DNA of 57,034 bases from Flavobacteriales bacterium (GCA_038154685.1 JAYPYW010000013.1:1-57034); one strand, 5' to 3'. Counted from the stretch's first letter, positions 9,011 through 18,847 are shown. Numbers and translations: made by a program. The notes: a model not told the origin generated them from the letters alone.

Positions 9011-12000
9011 TCATTCAACTTTAACAACAACGTCATCTCTATACGTTAAAGTGTAAAGAAGTTTACCATTATTGTCATAATATTTTGCAATGCCTTCTCT
9101 ATTACCAACTAAATAAGTTTCCTCCAATAACAAGAGTCCATCCTGGTTGTAATAATTTAAACTTCCATTTAATCTACCATCTTTATAGTTAGCAACTCTT
9201 CTCAAATTGCCATTGGGATAATAAGATTTTCTTTCGCCTTGATTATCATCTTTTTCATAATTAGCTTCTATCCACTTGTTCCCGTTACTATAAAAACGCT
9301 TGTATTCTCCGGTGTATAAACCTTTTTCATAGGTATAAGAAAACGAAGGTTTACCGTTATTAAAATATGCTTTTACTTCATTGAAAGCTTGCATAGGAAT
9401 CATTTCAATAAGCTTGCCATCTTTTTGGTAGCTGTAACCTACCTCAATTCCTCCATTAAACTTTCTATTAATTAATACTTCACCAAATGGATCATAATTA
9501 CTGTAACTTCCATGGATGAAATCTCTATCGTATGGAATATGTGACATTAACTGACCGTTTTGATGGTAGTTCTTCTCACTAATTAAATCTCCTTCTTTAT
9601 TGTAATATACCACTTCACTCAATTCTCCCGTTAAGTAATATTTTTTAACCGAATCTCGAACTAAATCATTTTCATAATTCCCTTCCCATGAAAGATTTCC
9701 ATTGTGATGATAATTTTTCCAAACACCTTGTTTTGCTCCATATTCCAGCGATCCTTCTTGCTTAACTTGTCCGTTTGGATAAAAGGATTTGAAAGCCCCA
9801 TGAATTTTCCCAAAAACCATTAGGGACACCTCCTTTAATTGTCCGTTTGGATAAAACTTTTTCCTTTCACCATTGTACTCTCCATTTACTAGTTCTCCTT
9901 CGATATACTTACTCCCTTCAGTGTTTTTCAAATTGTAATCTCCAGATCCAGCAGGTGTTTTTATTGCACAAACAATTTTTCCTGAAGTATCAAAAATTCT
10001 GGTTTTGTAAATCATTCCTCCCTTTGTTTCATAATCGGCAGTTTTCACGCCATTTAAGTCGTAATACAAATCATGACCAATTCTTTCGCCTTCATCATAA
10101 TACATTGTTCGTTGCAACTCCCCGTTTGGATGGTACTTTTTCCATTCTCCTACTTCTTTTCCATAGCTATAAAACCCCTCCATAAAAACTTCGCCATTAT
10201 CGTAATAAGAAAAGTATTCTCCGTGCAATTTCCCATTCAAGTAATACATAGATTCGTCCTTTTTACCATTTTCGAAATAGGTGATTGAATAACCATTTAG
10301 CAGTCCTTTTTTATCATATAACCAATGTTCTTTAATTCCTCCCGACTTCCAATACACTTTGTATTCTCCAACAAAAATATTCCCTTTACGGGTTGCTCTG
10401 ATATAATCAAAACCGTATCTGTCATTTAAAACATAATCCTTCTTACCCTCTCTCAATAAGGAACCATTTGAATTATAACTTACTACCTTTTTATATTTTC
10501 CTTTCTTGTAATAATGCGTCCATAAAAGCGTATTATTTTGTCCGTAATCATGGTGAGCTCCATGTTTAAGATCATTAACATATTCACTTTTTACAAGCGT
10601 ATCTCCCGAGTCTGAAAACTCAATGTAAGTCCCGTTTAATTTTCCAGATTTGTATTGATAGGTTGCCTTTAAATTCCCACTGTAATAATAGTCGGACCAT
10701 TTACCTGTTCTCAAGCCTTGTTTAAAAGCACCTTTAACTGCAATCTTGCCATTAGGATGGTATTCTATGTGCTTTCCTTCCTCTTTCCCTTCTATATAAT
10801 TTTGTGAAACCAGTGTATCTTCATCAGGATAAAAAGAGGCATACAACCCTTCAATTTGGTCATCAACAACGGAAAAAGAGGCTAACAGTTTTCCAAAAGA
10901 ATAAAACTCTCTCACTGGGCCATTCGTCTTTTTATCTTTGAAGTTTTTCAAAAAGTGCAATGAGCCGTTTGGATAATATATTTTGGCTTCTCCATTTAAG
11001 GTCCCTTCTTTAAATTCACCTTCATAAACCATTACCCCGTTCCGTTTAGCGTAAGAACCTACACCATTTATCTTCCCATTCTCATACTCCCCAGTTTCTT
11101 TTATTAAACCATCTGAATCGTACCAAACGCTTTTACCATCCAATTTTCCTTCAGCATTGTAGTTCAAATCCGCTGAGACCTTACCATCTGGATAAAAGTA
11201 AGTGACATTACCTGTTGATTTGTTGTTTTCATCCCTGCTACCAACACCTATCAACCTTCCTTTTTCATTAAGGATATAATCTCTATCTAAAACCTCCCCA
11301 TTTACTGGGAACTTATTTTGATTTACTTGATCCTTAAAAAACTTAAAAAGCCCTTTTTCAAAAGCATCCATTTGATGTCCGTACTTATTCTGATATTTTA
11401 TTACAGAAGGATTATTAAGCACTTCCAACATGTATAAAATATAACCCTTCTCTAAGCCAGCTTCTTTCACTTTATGAATTAATTTCCCGTAATATTTCAT
11501 TGGGAAATAAGTTGAATTTTCATCGAATATAAACTGCTTAAATATTAAATCGGTAACATTGTTTGAATAGTTTCTAATGGCCATAGATGCCTTGTAATTA
11601 TTCTGGACAGCCATTTTTGCGTTAACCAAACTATTTAATTGCTTAAAGCTCTTGTGGTCTTTCTTTTGGTTAGTTACTTCAAAATTATCCTTCATCACAT
11701 CTTCCATTTCAATGAAAGATTTTCGCAATGCTCCTGAATTCCTGTTTGAAATTATTGCCATTTGATAAGCCAAAATAGCCTCCGTTTCCGCGGATTGTTT
11801 CGCGTAAATATTCGCTAAAAGAGCATGTGATTCTGAATGTTGAGGATGACTAATTACAATACTCTCTAACAATTGTTTTGCTGCATCAAGTTCTTTCTTT
11901 TCAAAAAGCATTTCTGCCCTTAAATAATCGTAAACAAACATTAAAGGAAAGTTTTCAAATGCATCTTTAATCACTTGATCAGCTTTACTAAACTCCTTTG

Positions 12001-12325
12001 TAGCAATTAAAGATTTAATCTTGTAGAAATAAGCATCTGCTTCGTAACTCGATTCTGTTTCGATCGCTTCGTTACAGGTTTCGATTGTTTTACTGTAGAG
12101 TTCGCCAGCGAATGAAGTAACTATTTTATTAAACTGAGCGAAATCATAAAGAGAATCACTTGGATTAATTTTATCGAAATATTCTAATCCAGCCTCAATT
12201 TCTCGTTTTCCAATATGTTCATAGGCCTTTTGAAAATTTAACCAAGGTTTACGGTAAACATAATTACTTTGGGCAAAGGAAATCTGACAAATAAATAGGG
12301 CTAAAATTGAAAAATATTTTCTCAT
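9011..12325 (-). CDS. large secreted TPR plus MORN-variant repeat protein
   Basis: 1104 aa with signal MRKYFSILALFICQISFAQ. The N-terminal ~200 aa are TPR-like helices. They are followed by many units of the form G.hKEY.YYPNGQLK.EG.Y.NGK..G.WK. Confidence 0.8.
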   Translation of the reverse strand: MRKYFSILALFICQISFAQSNYVYRKPWLNFQKAYEHIGKREIEAGLEYFDKINPSDSLYDFAQFNKIVTSFAGELYSKTIETCNEAIETESSYEADAYFYKIKSLIATKEFSKADQVIKDAFENFPLMFVYDYLRAEMLFEKKELDAAKQLLESIVISHPQHSESHALLANIYAKQSAETEAILAYQMAIISNRNSGALRKSFIEMEDVMKDNFEVTNQKKDHKSFKQLNSLVNAKMAVQNNYKASMAIRNYSNNVTDLIFKQFIFDENSTYFPMKYYGKLIHKVKEAGLEKGYILYMLEVLNNPSVIKYQNKYGHQMDAFEKGLFKFFKDQVNQNKFPVNGEVLDRDYILNEKGRLIGVGSRDENNKSTGNVTYFYPDGKVSADLNYNAEGKLDGKSVWYDSDGLIKETGEYENGKINGVGSYAKRNGVMVYEGEFKEGTLNGEAKIYYPNGSLHFLKNFKDKKTNGPVREFYSFGKLLASFSVVDDQIEGLYASFYPDEDTLVSQNYIEGKEEGKHIEYHPNGKIAVKGAFKQGLRTGKWSDYYYSGNLKATYQYKSGKLNGTYIEFSDSGDTLVKSEYVNDLKHGAHHDYGQNNTLLWTHYYKKGKYKKVVSYNSNGSLLREGKKDYVLNDRYGFDYIRATRKGNIFVGEYKVYWKSGGIKEHWLYDKKGLLNGYSITYFENGKKDESMYYLNGKLHGEYFSYYDNGEVFMEGFYSYGKEVGEWKKYHPNGELQRTMYYDEGERIGHDLYYDLNGVKTADYETKGGMIYKTRIFDTSGKIVCAIKTPAGSGDYNLKNTEGSKYIEGELVNGEYNGERKKFYPNGQLKEVSLMVFGKIHGAFKSFYPNGQVKQEGSLEYGAKQGVWKNYHHNGNLSWEGNYENDLVRDSVKKYYLTGELSEVVYYNKEGDLISEKNYHQNGQLMSHIPYDRDFIHGSYSNYDPFGEVLINRKFNGGIEVGYSYQKDGKLIEMIPMQAFNEVKAYFNNGKPSFSYTYEKGLYTGEYKRFYSNGNKWIEANYEKDDNQGERKSYYPNGNLRRVANYKDGRLNGSLNYYNQDGLLLLEETYLVGNREGIAKYYDNNGKLLYTLTYRDDVVVKVE

Positions 12326-12408
12326 AAATTTGGCTTAACACTTCTAATTTAATCCGAATAAATTAATTCCTACTTAGGAATAGTATTAAAGAATCTTAAG
12401 AGGCTCAT

Positions 12409-12777
12409 TTAATAAATTAACATGTCGCTAAATGTGTCCTCAAAATGATTAAGGGAGCTTTTCTCTTCATTTAAGATGATGGATATTATATCAAACCTTG
12501 CTGCAACTTCCAGCGATAAACTTTCCAAGTAAACACCTGCCGCAGTAATTAAATCTTTTTCCTTCTTTTCATCCACAGCCTCCTCTGGCTTTCCGTAGTC
12601 ATCGGAAGATCTCGTTTTTACTTCAACAAAAACTAATTCCTCTCCGTCCTCAGCAACAATATCTACTTCTAAATGACCCATTCTCCAATTGGTGTGATGC
12701 ACTAAATAACCCTTACTTTTTAGATAGTTTACGGCTATTTTTTCTCCCTCTTCTCCAATTAAATTGTGCTGAGCCAT
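12409..12777 (-). CDS. yraN: YraN family (UPF0102) endonuclease-like protein
   Basis: 122 aa. GEEGEKIAVNYLKSKGY...GHLEVDIVAEDGEELVFVEVKTR is the typical YraN pattern. The ATG overlaps the dprA stop as TAATG. Confidence 0.85.
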   Translation of the reverse strand: MAQHNLIGEEGEKIAVNYLKSKGYLVHHTNWRMGHLEVDIVAEDGEELVFVEVKTRSSDDYGKPEEAVDEKKEKDLITAAGVYLESLSLEVAARFDIISIILNEEKSSLNHFEDTFSDMLIY

Positions 12778-13892
12778 TATGCTTTTAGTTGATAATTGTT
12801 TCCTGGTAAGGACTTAATTACTCCGTTTAATTCAAGATTGAAAAGTAATCCTGAAACATTCTGCACAGGTTTGTTTAATGAATTAGCAATTTGTTCTTTG
12901 TTGGAGATGCCTTTACTTTGAATAAGACTTATGATTCTTTGTTCTTCAGGATTAAATTGAGCGAATAAATCCAACTGTTTTTCCACTGGTTTAGTTTGCT
13001 CTTCCACCCAACTCATTGCCTCCAAAATATCTTTTCCCGATTCAATTAATGCAGCTCGGTTGGACTTGATTAATTGATTACAACCTTGGGAATACAAATC
13101 GATACTTCTACCCGGAACTGCAAAAACCTCTCTGCTGTATGAATTGGCGATATTTGCCGTAATTAAAGATCCCCCTTTGGCGGTTGCTTCTACCAAAATT
13201 GTTGCATCAGCCATTCCAGCAACTATTCTATTCCTTTTCGGAAAATTCTCTCTATCGGGATTAGTTCCGCTAAAAAACTCCGTTAATAAGCCTCCATTAT
13301 CAAGCATTTTCCTCGCCAAAGCTTTATTCTTTTGAGGATATAATCTGTCTAATCCGTGCGCTAACACCCCAATGGTGGATACATTATTTTCAACCGCATA
13401 TTTATGTGCAAAAGCATCTATTCCATATGCTAAACCGCTTATTACCAATACATTTTGATTCCGTAATTCTTCAACTATCTTGCGTGTCATGTCTTCACCA
13501 TAAGCAGTTGCTTTTCTGGTCCCAACAATCGATACAATTTTAGGAGAGTTTAAAACTTCTGTCCCTTTGTAAAACAGGACAAAGGGGCCATCATTACACT
13601 CTTTTAACTTCTCTGGGTACGCTTCATCATCGTAAAACAAAACCTTAATTCCGTGCTTGTTTGTAAATGTAAATTCTTGCTCGGCGCGCTGAACTAAATC
13701 TCGTTTTAACTGATTATCACAAAGTGTACCCAGAAGAACTTTCCCAACTCCAGGAATTTCATTCAGTTCTTTTTTTGAAGCTTTGAATAAATGTTTGGCT
13801 CCCTTAAAATAATCGGTTAAAAGTTTAGCAAATAAATCCCCAATTCCAGGCATTTGAATAAGGGCCAGACGATAAATTAATTCCTGGTTCAT
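12777..13892 (-). CDS. dprA: DNA-processing protein DprA
   Basis: Motifs SGLAYGIDAFAHKYAL, GTNPDRENFPKRNRI, and a winged-helix-like C-terminus. I prefer the internal ATG at 13890-13892 (MNQELIYRLALIQMPGIGD) over the track start at 13967. Confidence 0.9.
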   Translation of the reverse strand: MNQELIYRLALIQMPGIGDLFAKLLTDYFKGAKHLFKASKKELNEIPGVGKVLLGTLCDNQLKRDLVQRAEQEFTFTNKHGIKVLFYDDEAYPEKLKECNDGPFVLFYKGTEVLNSPKIVSIVGTRKATAYGEDMTRKIVEELRNQNVLVISGLAYGIDAFAHKYAVENNVSTIGVLAHGLDRLYPQKNKALARKMLDNGGLLTEFFSGTNPDRENFPKRNRIVAGMADATILVEATAKGGSLITANIANSYSREVFAVPGRSIDLYSQGCNQLIKSNRAALIESGKDILEAMSWVEEQTKPVEKQLDLFAQFNPEEQRIISLIQSKGISNKEQIANSLNKPVQNVSGLLFNLELNGVIKSLPGNNYQLKA

Positions 13893-13950
13893 TATAACTA
13901 TAGATTTAAAGGCACTTAAATATCGTAGTAATAAATTAGGTTCCTGGATA

Positions 13951-13981
13951 AAAACAAAAAAAGCCAACCTTAAAGGTTGAC
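13951..13981 (-). terminator. intrinsic terminator downstream of thiL
   Basis: On the minus-strand RNA: GUCAACC-UUUAA-GGUUGGC (7-bp stem with one G-U pair) followed by UUUUUUUGUUUU. Confidence 0.55.
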
Positions 13982-14017
13982 TTTTTAATGTTTTGGTGAA
14001 ATTAAAAAATTATTGGA

Positions 14018-15058
14018 TTAATATTTCAACCCATTCCATCCTTGAGCTTCTAATGGATGTGTTGATCCATCTTTAGCAGTTAACGAATAACCATCTGACT
14101 CATTTACAAAATGACCAACGATGGTAAACATTGGATGATTTTTTATTTTTTCATAATCTCCTAAATCAATTGCAAATACTAATTCGTAATCCTCACCACC
14201 GTTTAAAGCACACATGGTTGGATCCAAATGATTATCTCTTGCCCTATCAAATGTTTGCTGATCAATTGGTAATTTATCTTCATAAATTGAGACACCCACT
14301 TTCGATGCTTTACATAAATGCATTACTTCAGAGGAAAGTCCGTCTGAAATATCCATCATTGCGTTTGGCTTTACACCTAGAGTTTCGAATTCTCTTAATA
14401 CATCTAACCTAGCTTCAGGTTTTAACTGACGCTCTAAAATGTAATCACAATCCGATAAATCCGGCTGAACACTAGGACTTTCTTCATATATCTGCTTCTC
14501 TCTTTCCAAAATTTGAAGACCCATGTAAGCCCCTCCTAAATCTCCTGAAACAACAAGCAAGTTAGATTCTTTAACGCCATCACGATATACCAATTTATCT
14601 TCCTTTCCTTCGCCAATTGCAGTAACGCTTATTGTTAATCCAGATACAGATGAAGTTGTATCTCCTCCTATTAAATCAACATTATACAATTCGCACGCTA
14701 AATGGATTCCATCATAAATTTCTTCAACCGCTTCCAAAGAAAAACGATTTGAAAGGGAGATAGAAACAGTAATTTGTCTTGGAATTGCATTCATCGCAAT
14801 GATATCAGAAATGTTCACCATTACTGCTTTGTAACCCAAATGCTTTAATGGAACATAGCTCAAGTCAAAATGAACTCCTTCAACCAACAAATCTGTAGAA
14901 ATAACAGTTTGACTGTCATCATCATATTTAATTACTGCCGCATCATCACCAATCCCACGTTTAGTAGAGGCGTTTCTGATTTCAACTTTCTTTTTAATGA
15001 TATCAATTAATCCAAACTCTCCAAGTTCAGACAGTTCTGTTCTATCCTGATCACTCAT
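14018..15058 (-). CDS. thiL: thiamine-monophosphate kinase
   Basis: 346 aa. GIGDDAAVIKYDD...DLLVEGVHFDL and the downstream AIR-synthase-like fold motifs (GGDTT, DISDGL). Confidence 0.9.
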   Translation of the reverse strand: MSDQDRTELSELGEFGLIDIIKKKVEIRNASTKRGIGDDAAVIKYDDDSQTVISTDLLVEGVHFDLSYVPLKHLGYKAVMVNISDIIAMNAIPRQITVSISLSNRFSLEAVEEIYDGIHLACELYNVDLIGGDTTSSVSGLTISVTAIGEGKEDKLVYRDGVKESNLLVVSGDLGGAYMGLQILEREKQIYEESPSVQPDLSDCDYILERQLKPEARLDVLREFETLGVKPNAMMDISDGLSSEVMHLCKASKVGVSIYEDKLPIDQQTFDRARDNHLDPTMCALNGGEDYELVFAIDLGDYEKIKNHPMFTIVGHFVNESDGYSLTAKDGSTHPLEAQGWNGLKY

Positions 15059-15061
15059 AAA

Positions 15062-15451
15062 TTATTTTTTTTTGCCCATTTTTTCAGCGGCTTTACCGGA
15101 TTCACGGTAAGATTGTAAGTTGTTGGCAACTGTCTGGTAAATCGGACAAGTTTTTAGTAGCTCATTCTCTACACTTATCAATAAACTTCCTCCAATACCT
15201 AACTTTTCTGCGTCTTCTTCTCTTCTTTGCTCTGTTTGGTAATTCCTTTTAATGGCATCAGCGTTTTTATAAACAGCTTCTGAAAAACACTGCATTTTTA
15301 CAGCTAAAGCATTATTTACAATTTTCGCCGAATCAGCTAAACTTAAACAAGCACAAGTAGAATCAGCTACCTGTCCCTCTATTGTCATTTGTGCATTTGA
15401 AATAGTTGTTACTCCAAAAAACAACATCAAAATTAATCCTAGTTTTTTCAT
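15062..15451 (-). CDS. hypothetical secreted protein
   Basis: 129 aa with signal MKKLGLILMLFFGVTTISNAQ. It starts 3 nt beyond the end of... i.e. its stop lies 3 nt upstream of the thiL start, which suggests co-transcription. Confidence 0.6.
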   Translation of the reverse strand: MKKLGLILMLFFGVTTISNAQMTIEGQVADSTCACLSLADSAKIVNNALAVKMQCFSEAVYKNADAIKRNYQTEQRREEDAEKLGIGGSLLISVENELLKTCPIYQTVANNLQSYRESGKAAEKMGKKK

Positions 15452-15608
15452 CTTATAAGGTTTTTAAATTTTAGGGCAAGTAATCGCACAAATTAAGGTT
15501 CAGGTAAAGTTAAGTTATTAAAATTTCACAATATTCAATCATAACAATGGTATTACATTGCATTTAACGAAAATTTTAAGGACTTTAGCCGGACTTGAAC
15601 CGAAAAAC

Positions 15609-16154
15609 ATGAGCGAATTCATCCCATTTGATGATAACGTGGAAGTACTAGGAAAAGCTTTTTATGCTATCGTAAAAGCCTTTCCTGTTGGGGAAGATGT
15701 AAGAAAAAACATCTTGCTTAAAAACGGATTGGATTTAAACGAAGGTCAATGGTATCCTCAACAAAAATTCCTTTCTGCGCTTAAAGAACTTGCAAGTGAA
15801 GTTGGAGACGACATGATTGAAAAATCAGGCGAGCTAATCCCACAACACGCTGCTTTTCCTCCTGAAATTCAAACGCTTGAGCAAGCATTAAAATCAATCG
15901 ATGTTGCTTACCAAATGAACCATAGAAACGGGGATATTGGTTACTATAAACTTGTTGCTTTCAACGAAGAAAATAAACAAGCAATCATGGAATGCAAAAA
16001 TCCTTATCCATCAAAATTCGATTTAGGATTAATAAAAGGGATGGTCAGACAGTTTTTGCCTAAAACATCTTTTCACTACGATGTAAAAATTGATGAGTCT
16101 AAGGAGTGCCGATCTAATAGCGGACAATCATGTACCTATATTATCACTTGGTAA
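15609..16154 (+). CDS. hypothetical cytoplasmic protein
   Basis: The track ORF starts at TTG 15558; I prefer the ATG at 15609 (MSEFIPFDDN). The stop abuts the next start as TAAATG. Confidence 0.6.
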   Translation: MSEFIPFDDNVEVLGKAFYAIVKAFPVGEDVRKNILLKNGLDLNEGQWYPQQKFLSALKELASEVGDDMIEKSGELIPQHAAFPPEIQTLEQALKSIDVAYQMNHRNGDIGYYKLVAFNEENKQAIMECKNPYPSKFDLGLIKGMVRQFLPKTSFHYDVKIDESKECRSNSGQSCTYIITW

Positions 16155-16778
16155 ATGGAAAACATAAAAAACATCATCCTCGATTTAGGCGGAGTTTTAA
16201 TTAATCTAGATTACAACAAAACAAACGATAAATTAGCTAAACTTGGATTAGCTAATGGTTTTACAAAGGCTAAACAAATTGATTTGTTTGATAGATTGGA
16301 AGAGGGTAAAATCTCTGATTTTGATTTTTTAAACGAGTTCAACCAACTTGCTGGAGCAAATCACGATCACCAATTAATCATAAATGCGTGGAATGCTATT
16401 TTACTCGATTTTCCTAAATCTCGACTTGATTTAGTTAATGAACTCAGTCAAAAATATCGTGTATTTCTGTTTAGTAACACAAACTCCATTCATATTAATG
16501 AGGTATACGAAATTTTAAAAAGAGATCACGCCATTAATAACTTGGATAACTATTTCGAAAAGGTTTACATTTCCAATGAACTTGGAATAAGAAAACCAAA
16601 ACCCGAAGGGTTCCTTCATATTATCTCGGAAAATAACTTGAATCCGAAAGAAACGCTTTTTATTGATGACAGCCCTCAGCATATTGTTGGTGCCAAAAAG
16701 GCTGGCATTCATGCCGAATGGTTAGACCTTGAGAAAGAAGATATCCATTCAATGGTTCACCGATTATCCTTAATTTAG
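16155..16778 (+). CDS. HAD-superfamily phosphatase (YihX-like motif I, DLGGV)
   Basis: 207 aa with IILDLGGVLINL (motif I), FSNTN (motif II) and FIDDSPQHIVGAKKAG (motifs III/IV). Confidence 0.85.
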   Translation: MENIKNIILDLGGVLINLDYNKTNDKLAKLGLANGFTKAKQIDLFDRLEEGKISDFDFLNEFNQLAGANHDHQLIINAWNAILLDFPKSRLDLVNELSQKYRVFLFSNTNSIHINEVYEILKRDHAINNLDNYFEKVYISNELGIRKPKPEGFLHIISENNLNPKETLFIDDSPQHIVGAKKAGIHAEWLDLEKEDIHSMVHRLSLI

Positions 16779-16788
16779 TGGAAACGCC

Positions 16789-16814
16789 CGCGGATCTCGC
16801 GGATCTCGCGGATC
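16789..16814. repeat. 9-bp tandem repeat cgcggatct in about 2.9 copies, inside a GC-rich intergenic island
   Basis: Read directly: cgcggatct cgcggatct cgcggatc. The 12-mer cgcccgcggatc at 16785-16796 is identical to 17588-17599 in the inverted-repeat element downstream of ispD. Confidence 0.8.
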
Positions 16815-16908
16815 ATCAAATCTATAATCCGCGTAATCTGCAAACCGAGGAGGAACGACGAACAAGTGAATCCTTTAGGTGAACAAATCTGCGTGAGAAT
16901 TATAAAAA

Positions 16909-17655
16909 ATGAACTCAGTTGTTATTGTTGCCGGAGGAAAAGGGTTAAGAATGGGGAGTGACATTCCTAAGCAATTCATGATGCTTAAAACCGAACCTGT
17001 TTTAATGCATACCATCCGCGCATTTTACAATTGGGACAACAATTGCGAAATTGTTTTAGTGCTTCCAGCCGTGCAACAAAACTATTGGAATGAGTTGGTA
17101 CAGACATATAATTTCTCAATTCCAATTAAAATTACAACCGGTGGAGAAACAAGATTCCATTCAGTTAAAAACGGACTAATGGAAACTACAGGAAAAATTA
17201 TTGGGATTCATGATGGCGTTCGTCCATTAGTTAGTAAAGAGACTATTGAAAAGTGTTATAATGTTGCCGAAAATCATGGGAATGGGATTCCATGTATTCC
17301 TGTAAACGATTCTTTAAGAGTAGTTGAAAATGGAAATAACAAACTCACAGATCGATCAAAGTATTTCAGAATTCAAACGCCACAGGTTTTCCAAAGATCT
17401 GTGATCATGAAAGGCTTCGAACAAGATTATTCCGATGAATTCACGGATGATGCTTCAGTTATCGAAAAAGCCGGCGAAACTATCCAACTAGTTGAAGGCA
17501 ACGAAGAAAACATCAAAATCACCCGCCCAACCGATCTAAAAATCGCCGAGGTTTTTATTGATGACGCTCATACTTTGTATATTTTTTCGCCCGCGGATCC
17601 CGCTAATCCCACAGATCTTTTCTTCAAGAGCAAAGCTCTTTTAATCCAAATTTAA
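16909..17655 (+). CDS. ispD: 2-C-methyl-D-erythritol 4-phosphate cytidylyltransferase
   Basis: VIVAGGKGLRMGSDIPKQF, GGETRFHSV, IHDGVRP and ITRPTDLKIAE. The last ~30 codons run into the inverted-repeat element (see findings). Confidence 0.9.
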   Translation: MNSVVIVAGGKGLRMGSDIPKQFMMLKTEPVLMHTIRAFYNWDNNCEIVLVLPAVQQNYWNELVQTYNFSIPIKITTGGETRFHSVKNGLMETTGKIIGIHDGVRPLVSKETIEKCYNVAENHGNGIPCIPVNDSLRVVENGNNKLTDRSKYFRIQTPQVFQRSVIMKGFEQDYSDEFTDDASVIEKAGETIQLVEGNEENIKITRPTDLKIAEVFIDDAHTLYIFSPADPANPTDLFFKSKALLIQI

Positions 17656-17725
17656 AAAGACAATGAAGAACAACTTTGTTGTTCCAAAAAAGATCTGTGG
17701 GATTAGCGGGATCCGCGGGCGAAAA
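17584..17725. repeat. REP/MITE-like palindromic element: 38-bp perfect inverted repeat around a 66-bp spacer
   Basis: The left arm at 17584-17621 (ttttcgcccgcggatcccgctaatcccacagatctttt) is the exact reverse complement of 17688-17725. The spacer holds two small perfect hairpins: aagagc-aaa-gctctt (17626-17640) and gaacaac-ttt-gttgttc (17668-17684). Confidence 0.9.
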
Positions 17726-17744
17726 TTAACAAGTCATATTCTAG

Positions 17745-17778
17745 AAAAAAACAAAAAGCCCCAGCTAATGCCAGGACT
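17745..17778 (-). terminator. intrinsic terminator downstream of asd
   Basis: On the minus-strand RNA: AGUCCUGGC-AUUA-GCUGGGGCU (9-bp stem including G-U pairs) followed by UUUUUGUUUUUUU. Confidence 0.5.
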
Positions 17779-17805
17779 TTTAAATATCTAAAAGAAACCT
17801 AAAAT

Positions 17806-18819
17806 TTAAGCTCCTACTTTTTGTGAGATTAAGTACTCAGCGATTTGAACTGCGTTTAAAGCAGCCCCTTTTCTAATCTGATCAGATACACACCAGAAAG
17901 TGATACCATTTGGATTAGCTAAGTCTTCTCTAATTCTACCAACGTAAACATCATCCTTACCAGCTAAGTCGTAAGGCATTGGGTAACCTAAGTTTGGTAA
18001 ATCGTCCACTACAGTGATTCCTTCAGTTGCTTCACAAGCAGCTCTGAATTCAGCTGGAGTTACTGGCGATTCAGTTTCACACCAGATAGCTTCCGAGTGC
18101 GCTCTCATTACTGGAACTCTTACACAAGTTGCCGATACCTCAACATCCGAAGACATGATCTTCTTAGTCTCGTTGTACATTTTCATTTCCTCTTTTGTGT
18201 ATCCATTATCTTGGAAAACATCAATGTGAGGAATAACGTTGAATAATAACTGGTGAGCAAATGCCTCAACACTTAAGTCTTTCTTTTCAACAAATTGCTT
18301 TACTTGCTCTTCTAACTCAGCCATACCAGAAGCTCCTGCTCCTGAAGCTGATTGGTAAGAAGAAACGTGTACTCTTTTAATATGCGATAACCCCTCTAAA
18401 GCTTTTAAAGCAACTACCATTTGAATAGTGGTACAGTTAGGGTTAGCAATGATATTTCTTGGTCTGTCGTTAGCTGCTTCAGCGTTTACCTCTGGCACTA
18501 CTAACGGCACATCTGAATCCATACGGAAAGCACTGGAGTTATCAATCATGATCGCTCCGTGTTTAGTAATAGTATCAGCGTAATCTTTAGAAATTCCTCC
18601 ACCAGCAGAAACTAAAGCGATATCGATGTCTTGAAAATCATCGTTATGTTTAAGCTCCTTAACAACTAGCGTTTTTCCATTAAAGTCGTATTCCTTACCA
18701 GCACTTCTTGCTGATCCGAATAAAACTAATTCCTCCATACCTTGTAGAGGTCTTTCAGATAGGATGCTTAAGAACTCTTGTCCTACTGCACCACTTGCTC
18801 CTACTATTGCTACTTTCAT
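17806..18819 (-). CDS. asd: aspartate-semialdehyde dehydrogenase
   Basis: 337 aa. [16 protein letters not shown] (NAD(P)-binding motif), [10 protein letters not shown] (active-site Cys) and SYQSASGAG. Confidence 0.95.
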   Translation of the reverse strand: MKVAIVGASGAVGQEFLSILSERPLQGMEELVLFGSARSAGKEYDFNGKTLVVKELKHNDDFQDIDIALVSAGGGISKDYADTITKHGAIMIDNSSAFRMDSDVPLVVPEVNAEAANDRPRNIIANPNCTTIQMVVALKALEGLSHIKRVHVSSYQSASGAGASGMAELEEQVKQFVEKKDLSVEAFAHQLLFNVIPHIDVFQDNGYTKEEMKMYNETKKIMSSDVEVSATCVRVPVMRAHSEAIWCETESPVTPAEFRAACEATEGITVVDDLPNLGYPMPYDLAGKDDVYVGRIREDLANPNGITFWCVSDQIRKGAALNAVQIAEYLISQKVGA

Positions 18820-18847
18820 GATACTTAATTAAATAAAAATTGGACGC

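Noticed and set aside
7739-10288. Plus-strand ORFs 7739..8137, 9847..10185 and 10073..10288.
   Set aside because: They are antisense to the transglutaminase-like and MORN genes. They have no motifs and no plausible signal or start context.
13893-13967. N-terminal extensions offered by the ORF track for dprA (13967), AraC (26655), the FGE-like gene (28482), the PfkB gene (56892), the S41 gene (46345) and the 15558 ORF.
   Set aside because: The extensions start at non-ATG or poorly placed codons and add hydrophobic or odd peptides ahead of canonical N-termini or signal peptides. Internal in-frame ATG codons give conventional starts.
15059-15557. A TPP riboswitch or other leader RNA associated with thiL.
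   Set aside because: thiL follows the upstream ORF by 3 nt and has no leader. The 15452-15557 spacer shows no recognisable THI-box-like conserved helices.
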